55,513 nt of DNA from Octopus sinensis (GCF_006345805.1 NW_021833721.1:1-55513); one strand, 5' to 3'; positions 1 to 12,591 are shown, numbered from the stretch's first letter. Program-made: numbers and translations. The notes: generated by a model from the letters alone, not told the origin.

Positions 1-949
1 TGTGTGTGTGTGTTGTGTGTATGTGGTGTGTGTTTGTATAACTATGTGTTTGTGTGTGTGTGTGTTGTTGTTATGTGTGTGTGTTGTTGTTATGTGTGTG
101 TGTATATATGTGTTTGACAAACAGACGCTGTCTGACCAGCAGGCACACGGACACATCTATTCACACCCGCATACTCACCTCCCAATAACCCCAAAATCAT
201 TGATGCTTGAAGGGGAAGTATAAACCAAACGGTACACATCTTTTTTTTTCTCAATTCAACTTTTCTGCTAAAACAAACAGGTCAGTAAAAAACAAATTCT
301 CGCCTTCGATTCAAAATATTCTGAGATGTCTAAAATATCCATTTTATTTTTCTGTCAATATTACAAGCTTTCTCACCAAACTATTACACTTCCTTATGTC
401 TTTAACATGTCCTTTCTACCAAAGACTGTATATATATACATGTAATGTGACAATTTGCGACAACCAATAATTAACGCAACCAAATTTCCAATAATATATT
501 TGTTTTATTCTTTTCTTTTCTGCCAATTTTCCAAATATTCTCATCACACTATTGAACTTTTTTATGCCCTTAACATATCTCTGTTACCAAACACTATATT
601 TATACATGTAATGTGACAATTATGTATAAAAAAACATTTTTGAATTCATAATATCAATGTGACAATTATGTAAACAACTTTTTTTGAACCCATAATATTC
701 AATGTTACTTTTACAATCTTTTACCAAAGAGTGAAACCGGTTAAGTAAATAAACATCGTTTAAATTGCATTTTCAAACCTTTTTCATATATAATCCCACT
801 CGTGCGATACCCCACAACTCAACTTTTTTAAATAAATATATATATATATATATATATATCAAAGGGAAATGGAAGATTAATTAAAATTTTCACCTCCAGC
901 GGCCTAACGTGTAAAAATTTAGTCCCAAAAGACTATGAATTAGTCATAA

Positions 950-1286
950 TATATAGTGTACATTTAAACACATAAAGAATCCACTCGTGGAATTCAACAC
1001 GCTAGAAAGAACAGCTAGGTTCTATAACCACAAAAATTAGGGATAAAATTCGACAGGAACGAAATGAAAAAATAAAAACATTTTACCATCGAGTTTCCTG
1101 GACCAATTGGTTTCTGATTTTAGTTTAGCAAGCAAACAATATTTGCTCACGAAGTGAAATCGTCCTCAATAGGTACAGCATTGGCCCGAATTTTATCCCT
1201 ATTTTTTGGTTATAGATCTAGCTGTTCTTTCTAGCGTGTTGAATTCCACGAGTGGATTCCTTATGTGCTTAAATGTACACTATATA
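950..1286. mobile_element. MITE / fold-back element with ~100-bp terminal inverted repeats
   Basis: 950-1052 (tatatagtgtacatttaaacacataaagaatccactcgtggaattcaacacgctagaaagaacagctagg...ggataaaattcg) is the near-perfect reverse complement of 1187-1286. Ends lie in TA context and there is no coding capacity. Confidence 0.85.
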
Positions 1287-1322
1287 TTTTATATAATATA
1301 TATTATATATATATAAATATTA

Positions 1323-1364
<42 letters not shown>

Positions 1365-1366
1365 TA

Positions 1367-1520
1367 CAGTAACTCTCGCCATATCGGGGTTCACCTATTG
1401 TGGCATTTCAGTATGTCGCGGGTTTCTGCTGCGGCCGATAGGTATTTATATTTTCTTAGATTTTAGTTATTTCTGTGGACTTTTGAAACAAGCAACGTAC
1501 GCGATAGTCGAGGGTTATTG
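1367..1520. mobile_element. Short pogo/Tigger-like MITE
   Basis: TA|cagtaactctcgccatatcg ... gcgatagtcgagggttattg|TA: imperfect ~20-bp TIRs, TA duplication, CAGT-type end. Confidence 0.7.
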
Positions 1521-1852
1521 TATGTTTGTATATTATAGCAACTACATTATTATATAATATTATATAGATATATATATAGTAATATATATAAGTATGAAAT
1601 ATGTTACAAAAAGAAATATAAAATACACGGGAAATGTACGGGTAAAATTTGAAAAATCAACGAAAATGCACATTGTAAATAAAAAAAGGCTTTTTAGACA
1701 GGTAACGACAAATAATACATTTAGATTGATTGCTGAGGTAATAATCAAAGTCATTATTATGAGATGGTTATAAGATGATTATAAAATGATTATAAAGTCA
1801 GAAAACCAAGCGTACCATGGTTTCCGCAAAGCTATTCATCGCTTTGAAAAAG

Positions 1853-1890
<38 letters not shown>

Positions 1891-2091
1891 AGTTTAATTA
1901 TATATATATATATATATAAATATATAGATTTAAAGTATATATTATGAAAGTAAAGATAAAATGAAATGAAAAAATTCCAAGAATGAGGTAAAATAAATTG
2001 GAACTATATGAAGGGTGAATAAATGCGTATACTCACAAATATATAAATAACAAACAATAATTTTATGTGTGTGTGTGTGTATGTGTGTATG

Positions 2092-2130
<39 letters not shown>

Positions 2131-2313
2131 TATATATATTATATATAATATATATATACATATATTATATATATAATATATATATATATATACCATAACA
2201 TATGCATATTTATAGATACATACATAGATGCATTATATACTAACACATATATATGGCATTTATATATATATGCGTAATATATATATAATATATATATATA
2301 ATATATATTATAT

Positions 2314-2374
<61 letters not shown>

Positions 2375-2894
2375 ACATACACATACATAGTTATTGGAAC
2401 CGTTTTAGGTTATTGGAACCGTTTATGTTTTTTACAGAAAACCATTCGGGAAATGTCATTTCTTTGAATGATAGATAGCATTATCAACATTATATTCGTA
2501 TATTTTAGACTATTTATCTTCTTGCAATTTCTGAGTCTGTGTGCATCCATCACTTGTATAATTCCATTTGAATCTACCTTAGTTTATGGCAATATATATT
2601 ATGTTACATTTCATACACTTATCTTCCTTCTTTTCAGTTTTGCCTGTAATCAACTTTTATATTGTGAGCCGTTATATTTTATGATATAATCAAAATATAA
2701 GTCCTCACTTTCTATTGCATTCGACCTTTTCTCTTATACAGTTTTCTCTCTCACTAACTCCCACTTCTAAGAATTTATAAGCAATAATTTTTAATTGGTT
2801 TTCATTACGATTTTGATCATTCATCAGATGACGATGCAGTAAATCAAAATGTTGAACTATCTCTTATTTTATTTAAAATATCTATATATCTATA

Positions 2895-3297
2895 GGCGTA
2901 GGAGTGGCTGTGTGGTAAGTAGCTTGCTTACGAACCACATGGTTCCGGGTTCAGTCCCACTACGTGGCGCCTTGGGCAAGTGTCTTCTGCTATAGCCTCG
3001 GGCCGACCAAAGCCTTGTGAGTGGAATTGGTAGACGGAAACTGAAAGAAGCCCGTCGTATATATGTATGTATGTATGTGTGTGTGTGTGTGTGTGTGTGG
3101 TGTGTTTGTGTGTCTGTGCTTGTCCCCCAACATCGCGTCCCCGTAACATAGCGGTTCAGCAAAAGATACCGATAGAATAAGTACTAGGCTTACAAAGAAT
3201 AAGCCCTTGGGTCGATTTGCTCGACTAAAAGGCAATGCTCCAGCATGGCCACAGTCAAATGACTAAAACAAGTAAAAGAGAGTAAAGAGTAAAGAGT
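2895..3297 (+). mobile_element. tRNA-derived SINE, family A (bipartite, internal microsatellite)
   Basis: A-box-like tggctgtgtgg, B-box-like ggttcagtccc, CORE-like ccttgggcaagtgtctt, TA/TG linker, 3' module ending (aaagagt)n. Many near-identical copies in the window. Confidence 0.9.
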
Positions 3298-3663
3298 ATC
3301 TTACTTGGTGTCCATGATCGAGTCGTTCGTAACTATGAGTTTAAGCACACCTTTGTTATATTGCGTTGTGTGTATGTCTGTATGTGTGTGATTGTGTGCG
3401 CTGCGTGTGTGTGTGTACGTGTGTGTGCTCATGTATAGCACTGCGTCATGTTTTGTTCCGTTTAGTTAAAAATGTGACTTAGCAATTCAATAAATAGATA
3501 TCTGTAAAAGAAATACCATACTGAAACAAGCTTTGCGATCGACATAATTGACCTAAAACTTTTTATTGCATGGCCGCAGTCAAGTGACAAAGTAAATGAA
3601 TATAGATAGACGCACACGTACATACATACATAGATAGTTAATCAACTGCACTGATTAACTATC

Positions 3664-3728
3664 ATACATACATACATACATACATACATACATACATACA
3701 TACATACATACATACATACATACATACA

Positions 3729-3757
<29 letters not shown>
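3664..3757. repeat. (TACA)n microsatellite
   Basis: Perfect tetranucleotide run; one representative of many. Confidence 0.95.
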
Positions 3758-3759
<2 letters not shown>

Positions 3760-4029
3760 GTGTAACGCTCAGCGTACGAGAAAAAGACCGTGCATGAGTA
3801 AGTTTCCCGAAGACTTCAAGACAGTAACATTGACATGAAGCGAAGCTGCTCTCGGATTAGTGACCGCCACATCACATCACACTTCGAAGGCTATGCATCT
3901 GCAATCTAAGAACAAAAGATTGCTACTAAATCTGTCATATAAATAAGACTGTATCTCACTGGAAGACTCTGAAAAGTTGCGTCCTAGAGAAAAACGGATT
4001 TGTATATGTATATCTCTCACGCATCTACT

Positions 4030-4059
4030 CTCCTCTCGCTCTCCCTCTCTCTCTCTCCC

Positions 4060-4156
<97 letters not shown>
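4030..4156. repeat. (CT)n microsatellite
   Basis: Long CT run; it is the source of the SL/RE low-complexity ORFs. Confidence 0.95.
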
Positions 4157-4158
<2 letters not shown>

Positions 4159-4601
4159 ATATGACATGTAATACAAATCAGTCACGAAAGACGAGCGCGT
4201 CTGTCTCTATATCTGTTTCACTCTATCTTTTACACTTTTCTCATTGTAAACTTTATATATTTACCACACACTCTCTCACACTTTCTCCGTATATGTATAT
4301 CGCTCACGCTGAGAGTGTGCATGCTTGTATATGCGCGTGCGGCGCGCGCGTGTGTGTGTGTGTTGTGTGTGTGTGTGAGCCTGTGTCTATGCATGTGTGT
4401 AAGGAATTTCATTAGGGAGACAGAGTCGAAAGACCCTCACAAAGTATCAGCAACGGTCTCTGAAGACACTCAGGAAAGGAATAGATTTGATGATATGTGA
4501 ACACAAGCCTTCGTCGCATGGTCTCATGAGACACACAAGCATTGGTTGCCTCGATCAGATTATAAGCGCACAAGAACCTCCGTCGTATGAACTCAGGGGC
4601 C

Positions 4602-4812
4602 GATCTCCCATTTCAATTCGAACGACTTCGATTTCCACCGTGTCTTAGTTTTGCCATTGCCATCAACAAATCACAATGCAAACATTTCAGGTGCTGGTTT
4701 ATATCCGGAAGAGCCCTGCTTCACCCATGATCAGCCTTACATTGAATGTTTAAGAGTAGGAAGTAAGAACATTTTTTACATCTATGATATGACATGGACA
4801 AACAGAAAACAT
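4602..4812 (+). pseudogene. Helitron PIF1-like helicase C-terminal fragment (frameshifted)
   Basis: DLPFQFERLRFPPCLSFAIAINKSQ, then after a frameshift GAGLYPEEPCFTHDQPYIECLRVGSKNIFYIY. This matches the Helitron helicase motifs FAMTINKSQGQT and GL.L..PCFSHGQLYVA.SRV. Confidence 0.85.
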
Positions 4813-4920
4813 CGAGACACTATAAATTGCCACAAATAATGCAGAAATCCATCCTGACCAAGAGACCTATCCGTCGGGGAAAACATGGTCTGGCATAAAA
4901 TAAAAAGAAATTGAAATAAA

Positions 4921-5116
4921 GGCGTAGAAGTGGCTGTGTGGTAAGTAGCTTGCTTACCAACCACATGGTTCCGGGTTCAGTCCCACTGCGTGGCACCTTG
5001 GGCAAGTGTCTTCTACTATAGCCTCGGATCGACCAAAGCCTTGTGAGTGAATTTGGTAGACGGAAACTGAAAGAAGCCCGTCGTATATAAGTATATATAT
5101 ATATATATGAGTGTGT

Positions 5117-5148
<32 letters not shown>

Positions 5149-5322
5149 TTGTCCCCCCACCATCGCTTGACAACCAATGATGGTGTGTTTACGTCCCCGT
5201 AACTTAGCGGTTCGGCAAAAGAGACCGATAGAATAAGTCCTGGGGTCGATTTGTTCGACTAAAGGCGGTGCTCCATCATGGACACAGTCAAATGACTGAA
5301 ACAAGTAAAAGAGTAAAAGAGA
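4921..5322 (+). mobile_element. SINE family A
   Basis: Full-length copy aligning by eye to 2895-3297. Confidence 0.9.
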
Positions 5323-5329
5323 GAGTGTT

Positions 5330-6200
5330 CTATTGCGAAAATTTCCCGGCAACAACAGGCAAATCAGCTAGGACCTAATAAACGAAAGAAACAGTGAAGT
5401 TCTTTGAACTCCAATGTGCAACCGAAAATGTAGATTATGTCATATTTCTGTGGAAGACATCACGCATATGATTAATACCTGCCCCAAAATATCATCAAGT
5501 ACAATCTTTCAATGCGATACAACGTTGTTGCACAAACAATATACAATGCCATTCGGGAAAAAAGACAGTCCTGGAATAAATATAGAGAATCTACCTGCTA
5601 ATGAATGCATACGTGGAGGCGCAATGGCCCAGTGGTTAGAGCAGCGGACTCGCGGTCGGAGGAACGTGGTTTCGAGTCCCAGACTGGGCGTTGTATGTGT
5701 TTATTGAGCGAAAACACCTAAAAAAAGCTCCACGAGCCTCCGGCAGGGGGAGGCGATCCCTGTTGTACTCTTTCGCCCCAACTTTCTCTCACTCTTTCTT
5801 CCTGTTTCTTGAGTAACGCTGCAATGGACTGGTGTCCCGTCCAGCTGGGGGAACACATACGCCATAGAAACCGGGAAACCGGGCCCATAAGCCTGGCTAG
5901 GCTTGAAAAGGGCGAAAAGTAGATAGAATTGAATGCATACATAGACACCAACACAATGAATGCAGGTGGAACATTCCCATCAAAATATTTGTAAGCATAA
6001 CAGGCCCGATATTGTTGGGGACGGACAAGAAAAAGTATGCGGGATCATAGAGATCAGCTGTCCTGCTCATGCGAATATTTCTTTAAAAATCAAAAAGAAA
6101 GAGTGTAACTATGGGCGACTACTTCTAAATCTTCAGCAGCTTCGATGTCAACAAACTAACTTGCACATTACAAATATAAGTTGAAAGGGGAACTAAAAAT
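5330..6200 (+). pseudogene. 3' fragment of an REL-endonuclease non-LTR retrotransposon (R2 superfamily; R4/NeSL/CRE-like), interrupted by a SINE
   Basis: CRLCHISVEDITHMINTCP (CCHC knuckle), then KHNRPDIV...IIEISCP...KIKKKECNYG (PD..E-type REL nuclease). Frameshifted. Confidence 0.8.
5613..5929 (+). mobile_element. tRNA-derived SINE, family C, with 11-bp TSD
   Basis: A box tggcccagtggttaga and B-box-like ggtttcgagtccc. Central gcaatggactggtgtcccgtccag resembles the V-SINE domain. TSD tgaatgcatac at 5602-5612 and 5930-5940. Confidence 0.8.
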
Positions 6201-6368
6201 ATGCAAGACTTTTCTCGAGTTCAAAACGTGACATTGCTTTCACTATCTACATTCCAACGATGGAGCTTTGTATCTTTGGTAGAAACCAGTTCCTTCCTCG
6301 GAGGAAGAATTTAAATAATTGAAAATAGAAAAGAACATACATACATACATACATACATACATACATAC

Positions 6369-6399
<31 letters not shown>

Positions 6400-6451
6400 C
6401 ATACATACATACATACATACATACATACATACATACATACATAAATACATA

Positions 6452-7222
6452 CGAGGTACATAGCAGAAGTTTTGAGACATTTTTAGAAGAGACATAACTA
6501 TCCTAGATTGGTGTAATTTTAGTACATCATTATAATACATCTAATAAGCTGAACTGCCAATTTTTGTCATTCCAGATTGAAGGGGGGGGCTGTAATAGCT
6601 CTTTGTGCACAACCTACTAAACACTGCTTATCACAGCGTAGTAGTTTTGGAGTGCATTCGGGATAAACTGAGAAAAATGCTCCTGAAACTTGTTAAATGC
6701 TCCAGACTACTTATAAAACTTTTTCTTTGGAACAAGAACAAGGGGTTCACAGACGGTAGGGAGGAAGTGAAAAAGATTGAGAGGAGGTGAGAGATGAGAT
6801 CAGGGGAGAAACTATGAGAGCAGGTGAGAGACGATGAGAGCAAGTGAGAAACGATTATAGCAGGTGAGAGACAGTGAGAGCAGGTGAGATACGATCAGAG
6901 GTGTGGGAAGGAAGGAAATGTCAGAACATCAGAACTGGTTGAGAAAATTCGCAATTTTCTGCATGAAGACTATCGTATGTCTATAAATACTATACGCATA
7001 TAGTTTTGAATTGGTGTGGCAAATGTATAAAGAATTATTTGTGAAGATCTGAATATGTGCAAAATGTGAACAAAGTTAGTTCCCAGGGTACTCGTTGGTG
7101 AGCATTCTGGTAACCAACTACTTGACAGAGATGGGCATCAAAACTTTCCTTCACCCTCCCTTCAGTCAAGACCTTGCTTCTTGTGACGTTTGGTTGTTCC
7201 CGAAGGTGAAGGGGTACCTCAG
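6452..7222 (+). mobile_element. Decayed, internally deleted mariner transposon
   Basis: TA|cgagg start. Remnants FTDGREEV, ELVEKIRNFLHED, KLVPRVL and EMGIKTFLHPPFSQDLASCDVWLFPKVKG (YSPDLAP motif). Contains stops and frameshifts. Confidence 0.85.
6781..6900. repeat. ~20-bp minisatellite (gagagcaggtgagagacgat)x~5 inside the mariner
   Basis: Degenerate tandem copies seen directly. Confidence 0.8.
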
Positions 7223-7379
7223 ACGCAGCGATGGGGGGAGCGATGGAATTTGTCTTTTTCGTTCAGAGCGTATGACGACCTATGTACCGAGTTTTTTTGT
7301 TTTTTTTACCATATCCATTGAATGAGACCTATGAGCGACGGTATCGTGATAGCATATCATATGCTGGGCCAATCACCAA

Positions 7380-7716
7380 CTGGATTGGCGCGGATCCTCG
7401 TGAATGTACAATCGATCCTCATTGAACTGAAGAGATCAGCTGGAACGCAGAGAGTTTGTGAGATCGAATTTCCACTAATTGAAGCGTGAAATACATTTAA
7501 GTGTAGTTCTTTCTGTAACAGCGCCTTCTCCTTATTTAGCGCAAATGTTTCGAGCGTTTTTGACAACTTCGGAAAATTTATTCAGATTTCGAAAACGACG
7601 GAGAAAATTTGTAGAGGGAGAGACCTGCAAAAAAGTTCATTAAACACTACGATATAAATATTTTCGTGTTACTTGAAATAACATCAGGAAAAAGTGAACG
7701 AATTTATTCGACACCC
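7380..7716 (+). mobile_element. Tc1/mariner-superfamily 3' end remnant
   Basis: Weak peptide echoes (WIG.., LKREI, KRRRKFVEG) and a TIR-like end gaacgaatttattcgacaccc. Confidence 0.4.
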
Positions 7717-8339
7717 AACACACACATACGCACGCACACACGCACGAACGCATGCAGGTACGTACGGATGTATGTATGTATGTATGTATGTATGTATGTA
7801 TGTATGTATGTATGTATGCATGCATGTATGTATGTATGTATGTATGTATGTATGTATGTATGTATTATGTATGTATGTATGTATGTATGTGAAATATAAT
7901 ACAGCATAAACTTTTGATTTATTGAAATTAAATCCACTTCCAGAGAATGTAAAACCATCGTCTGATGGTTACTGGAACCATGTCCAAATAAGAAGTAAAC
8001 TCAGGAATCAATAATTCTCCAAATCTGACATGTCGTTAAAGAAAAGTTTGATTGTCTGGAGACATGAGAACAGCTATCGACATATGCTTCTGCTACAATG
8101 TGTGGCAGGGTCTGTATGTATGCATATATGTATGTACATCCACATGCGTACATACATACATACATACATACATACATACATACATACATACATACATACA
8201 TACATACATACGTACGTACGTACATACATACGTACGTACGTACGTACATACGTAAATACAGATGTAGATAGATAAATAATAGTAGATAGATAATAGTAGA
8301 AAAACAGACAGATAATCGATCATAGACAGACAGACAAAA

Positions 8340-8460
<121 letters not shown>

Positions 8461-8728
8461 TGTACCTGAGTTTGTATGTACCTGAGAATAAATGATGTTT
8501 TATGTGCGGGTGTTTGAGAGAAAATGAGAGAGAGAGAGAAGGAAAGAGAGGGGGAGAGAGAGAGAAAAATTAATCGAAAGAAAAGTAGAGATTGTCGGGT
8601 ATATGCCACGTTGACGAAGACTTCCGCTTCCGAATACAGTAGCTGACCCAAGTGAACTTGCAATGAGAAGTGTGGAGAGATACTGCACAAAAACTTGGTA
8701 CAATGGTGATGACGGTAACGACCTAGTC

Positions 8729-8761
<33 letters not shown>

Positions 8762-9146
8762 ATTGGTGATAGTGCTGATGGTGTTGATGGTGGTGATAGG
8801 TAGATATACATAGCTAAATACATGTATACCTACAAATGCGTATAAAATCTGTGTGTGTGTGAGTCAATGATGGTAGATAGGTCAATCGAGCGCAGTCGGC
8901 GGCCATCTTACCATACAGGCTAGGTGTGTGGGTATAAACAATGGTGTTATATACACCATTACACAAACACAAATGAACATACACTACTACTACTACACAC
9001 ACATACACACACACTCACACGCACATATCGCTAAACACACAACTGCGCATACAATATACAACATATACGCCACTGCACATACAAGTAAAGATACTCCTTT
9101 GGATATTCAGTATCAAACAGATGACTATGTAAACACCACTATATAT

Positions 9147-9252
<106 letters not shown>

Positions 9253-9451
9253 GTATGTATTTATATTTATATACACACAAACGTTAATACAACTGCAGCT
9301 ACGTACATACTACAACACACACTACTACATACATAATTATGAATACACCACTTACACTACAACACTACGAGCCAATGAGAAAATTTGTATGTGGTTGTTT
9401 GACCTGCTGCAAATAACAACCAAATCTTCCTCAACTCACTCCTTATTGTAG

Positions 9452-9963
9452 GTACGGACAACTTTTATCGAGAAGCAGGCCGCTTGAGACATAGTCCATC
9501 GTCGGGCCACATGAAACATGGTTCATCGTTAGACCGAATGCGACATGGTACATCGTTAGGTCGCATGAAAGATGGTTCGTCGTTAGATCACATGAAACAT
9601 GGTTCATCGTTAGACCGTATGAGACATGGTTCATCTTTAGACCGTATGCAACATGGTTCATCGTTAGACTGTATGAGACATAGTTCATCTTTAGACCGTA
9701 TGAGATATGGTTCATTGTTAGACCGTATGAGACATGGTTCATCTTTAGACCGTATGAGACATGGTTCATCTTTAGACCGTATGAGACATAGTTCATCTTT
9801 AGACCGTATGCGATATGGTTCATCTTTAGACCGTATGAGACATGGTTCATCTTTAGACCGTATGCGACATGGTTCATCGTTAAGTCGCATGAAACATGGT
9901 TCATCGTTAGGTTGCATGAAACATGGTTCATCGTTCATGTATCTAGGCGGGTCGCACAAGTAA
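9452..9963 (+). CDS. Candidate terminal coding exon encoding (MRHGSSLDR)n repeats; unproven
   Basis: Pyrimidine tract plus ttgtag acceptor at 9450-9451. Frame TDNFYREAGRLRH... stays open through 17 repeats to TAA at 9961-9963, with ATTAAA at 10083. The array is also open in two minus frames, so openness alone is weak. Confidence 0.2.
9484..9942. repeat. 27-bp minisatellite, 17 units, no indels (consensus atgagacatggttcatc[t/g]ttagaccgt)
   Basis: Units counted directly; the centre is homogeneous and the edges are diverged. Confidence 0.95.
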
Positions 9964-11212
9964 AAGAAATACATTTTATTTTGTTAGGCGTACCACTAAG
10001 AAAATTTCGCAAGTCGCAGTTTGCTCATGATTGCCTTACAATCTTGAAAAAAACTGATATATTGAGCAATGTATTATTCACTATTAAAAATTATCGTGAG
10101 TCCATTGTTGGAATCCCTTTCATCAAACGTTTGTGCATTGAAAGATAAAACAACAACAACAACAGGCACCACAACACAAGTATGCACACCCCCAAAATAT
10201 CCTGCTATACAACACCATAACAGACCCCAAAATATATACATCACTACACATCACTACGTACCCTACATAAACCTCATATCGGCTGAAGGTACTGGGAAAT
10301 GGATTCTTGTAGCGAATAATTAAATTAGGTACACATGTACTATTAGTGTACTTAGATGATAAGGGTGCATATGTGTGGCTGCGTACGATCAGTCTGGATG
10401 TAGCTGGCCTGTTAAAATGGTCGCTGCTTCGCTCTAGTGCCTACTTCGATTTGAACGGTCTATAACAAGTGCTTGTCTTAAAAAAGCTCTACCATCTTTC
10501 ATATACACACACGCACACATGCACACACACACACACGCAAGCACACACACACACACATACCAGCATGCATGCATACATACATACATACATACATACACAT
10601 ACATACATACATACATACATATCCGTTTTGCTATTGATAAAAGACCACGTTTTATGTGTTTGTTGTTTGTGAATCTTTTCAATCTTGGTTTCCCGTTGTT
10701 CTTAGTTGTCCTTCAATCATAAATCAAGATACTAAAAAATCTTTGACAAGTTTGTCGGAGATTTCTTAGTTTCTTGGTTTATGGTGAGTTTTGTTTTTCT
10801 TTTTGTTTTTCCTTTAAGTTATGCTTTACATTGATATTGCGTGACTGTCCTTCATTGGGATTCTATTATGACAAGGAGAATATTTATTAGTTTAAGTTTT
10901 GTTGCATATATGGACATGTGTGTGTGCGTGTCTATATGTATATATATTTGTGTGCGTGTGTGTGCGAACGCGCGCGTATATGCATATTTATTTGTGTCTG
11001 TGTGTGTGTATGCGTATGCTATTCTGTTTTATTTCAAGATTTCTTGTCAATAGTGAAGAGCCAGTTTCTATCCCAGATTCAATGCTCCTTTGTTGGAATT
11101 TAGTGCATGTACAGACTTGTATGTTTTGTTTTATGTATGCATTCTCGTGCATATAGCTTCATGTCTGGACATGCGCATATATACTTAAATCCTAAATTTC
11201 TGGAAAGTGGTG

Positions 11213-11246
<34 letters not shown>

Positions 11247-11604
11247 TGTATGTATGTATGTATGTATGTATGTATGTATGTATGAACGTATGTGTATGTA
11301 TGTATGTATGTATGTATATGAAATGGTTCTCCGTCATAAATTCCGAACGTGAGTTTTCAGTCGTTCCATCAAGTGAACAACTAGGCTCATTGCATTAACA
11401 GATAAGTGGCTGAGTATTCCACAGACAGGTGTGTGCAGACCGTAATTCTCAGGTAGAATCATGTAACCAGATTAGACTATTGAAGTCCAACTATAATAAC
11501 AGGCTTTCACAATGTTCTGTCTACACAGTTTCATTTTCTGAAAGAGCGCCACGTTATATGGACTATCTATCGGCTTTATGACTGTCACATGATCACTTTA
11601 CCGG

Positions 11605-11910
11605 TGTATTTGTTGTCGGAATCAACGATAGGAACACAGAAAGGTTCGACATCATCACAGGTGTATGTCAGGGATATGTACTCTTCTCTTTTATATTCCT
11701 TCTGGTGGTGAATTTCGTCAAGATGAAATCCATAGGATATTCAGCAGACAGCATTGAATGGAGAAAGTGAAAAGAATAGATCTTGACTTCGTCGTTCATT
11801 TGGGACTCGTTAGGACCATATTTACAGTACTGCAAGCCATGACCACCACTTTCAGCAACAGTAGGTCAAAGGTTGTTTTTCAGATCTGCAATGAAAAGGC
11901 GAAAATGATT
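11605..11910 (+). pseudogene. Decayed LINE reverse-transcriptase fragment (RTE-like)
   Basis: RFDIITGVCQGYVLFSFIFLLVVNFV (GV.QG..LSP.LF), DLDFV (YADD region), LQAMTT...KVVFQICNEKAKMI. Confidence 0.75.
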
Positions 11911-12458
11911 ATTTTTGTGGAGGTACACTAGCAACATGTGTGGCTGGAAGACCAGTCTTAATGAATCGTTGTGTCGACTCGAGGCTATAGTAGAAGACAC
12001 TTGCTTAAGTTGGCATACAAGGAATCGAACTCTGGACATTATTCTGAGGAGCAAACATTCAGCCATACTTCATCTATGTATGTGGGTATGCATGTATGTA
12101 TATAATATATACATATATATATATATGTGTGTGTGTGTAGGGAGAGAGAGACAGACAGAAAGATAGAAAGACAGAGACAGATACACATACATGCATACAT
12201 ATGTATATAATACTTATTTATATGCATACATACATGTGTGTGTATGTGTGTGTGTGTGTCTGTCTGTATCTGTGTGTGCGTGTGTGTGCATGTATATATG
12301 TTATGATGAAGCTTAATGTCTGCAAAGACTATTAGATTTTCCGACGTTCCATCAATGACCATGCCACTTTTGCTTGACAAGCTATATTTTGGCGAAGTCA
12401 GTGATATAGTTGCATTTTTTAATGGTACAATATATAATTTACTATGTGTATGTATATA

Positions 12459-12494
<36 letters not shown>

Positions 12495-12532
12495 TGATAT
12501 ATATATATATATATATATATACAGGTGTGTGT

Positions 12533-12588
<56 letters not shown>

Positions 12589-12591
12589 TAG

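Noticed and set aside
2895-2970. tRNA genes at SINE heads
   Set aside because: A/B boxes are present but there is no full cloverleaf, and each continues into a SINE body.
3800-3990. Minus-strand exon after ccgtttttctctag (GRNFSESSSEIQSYLYDRF...)
   Set aside because: All three frames stop within ~110 nt, there is no clear donor, and the peptide is not recognisable.
7351-7389. Inverted CCAAT pair (gccaatc-N8-gattggc) and agcata-tca-tatgct
   Set aside because: Short, adjacent to transposon remnants, and expected by chance in 55 kb.
9484-9942. CRISPR array, or reflectin-like gene
   Set aside because: The units are contiguous with no spacers and the context is eukaryotic; the peptide lacks the reflectin M/FD-x5-MD-x5-MD motif.
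10706-10783. Exon-like segment with good acceptor and ATG|GTGAGT donor
   Set aside because: Stops occur in all three frames; it could only be a UTR exon and nothing else supports it.
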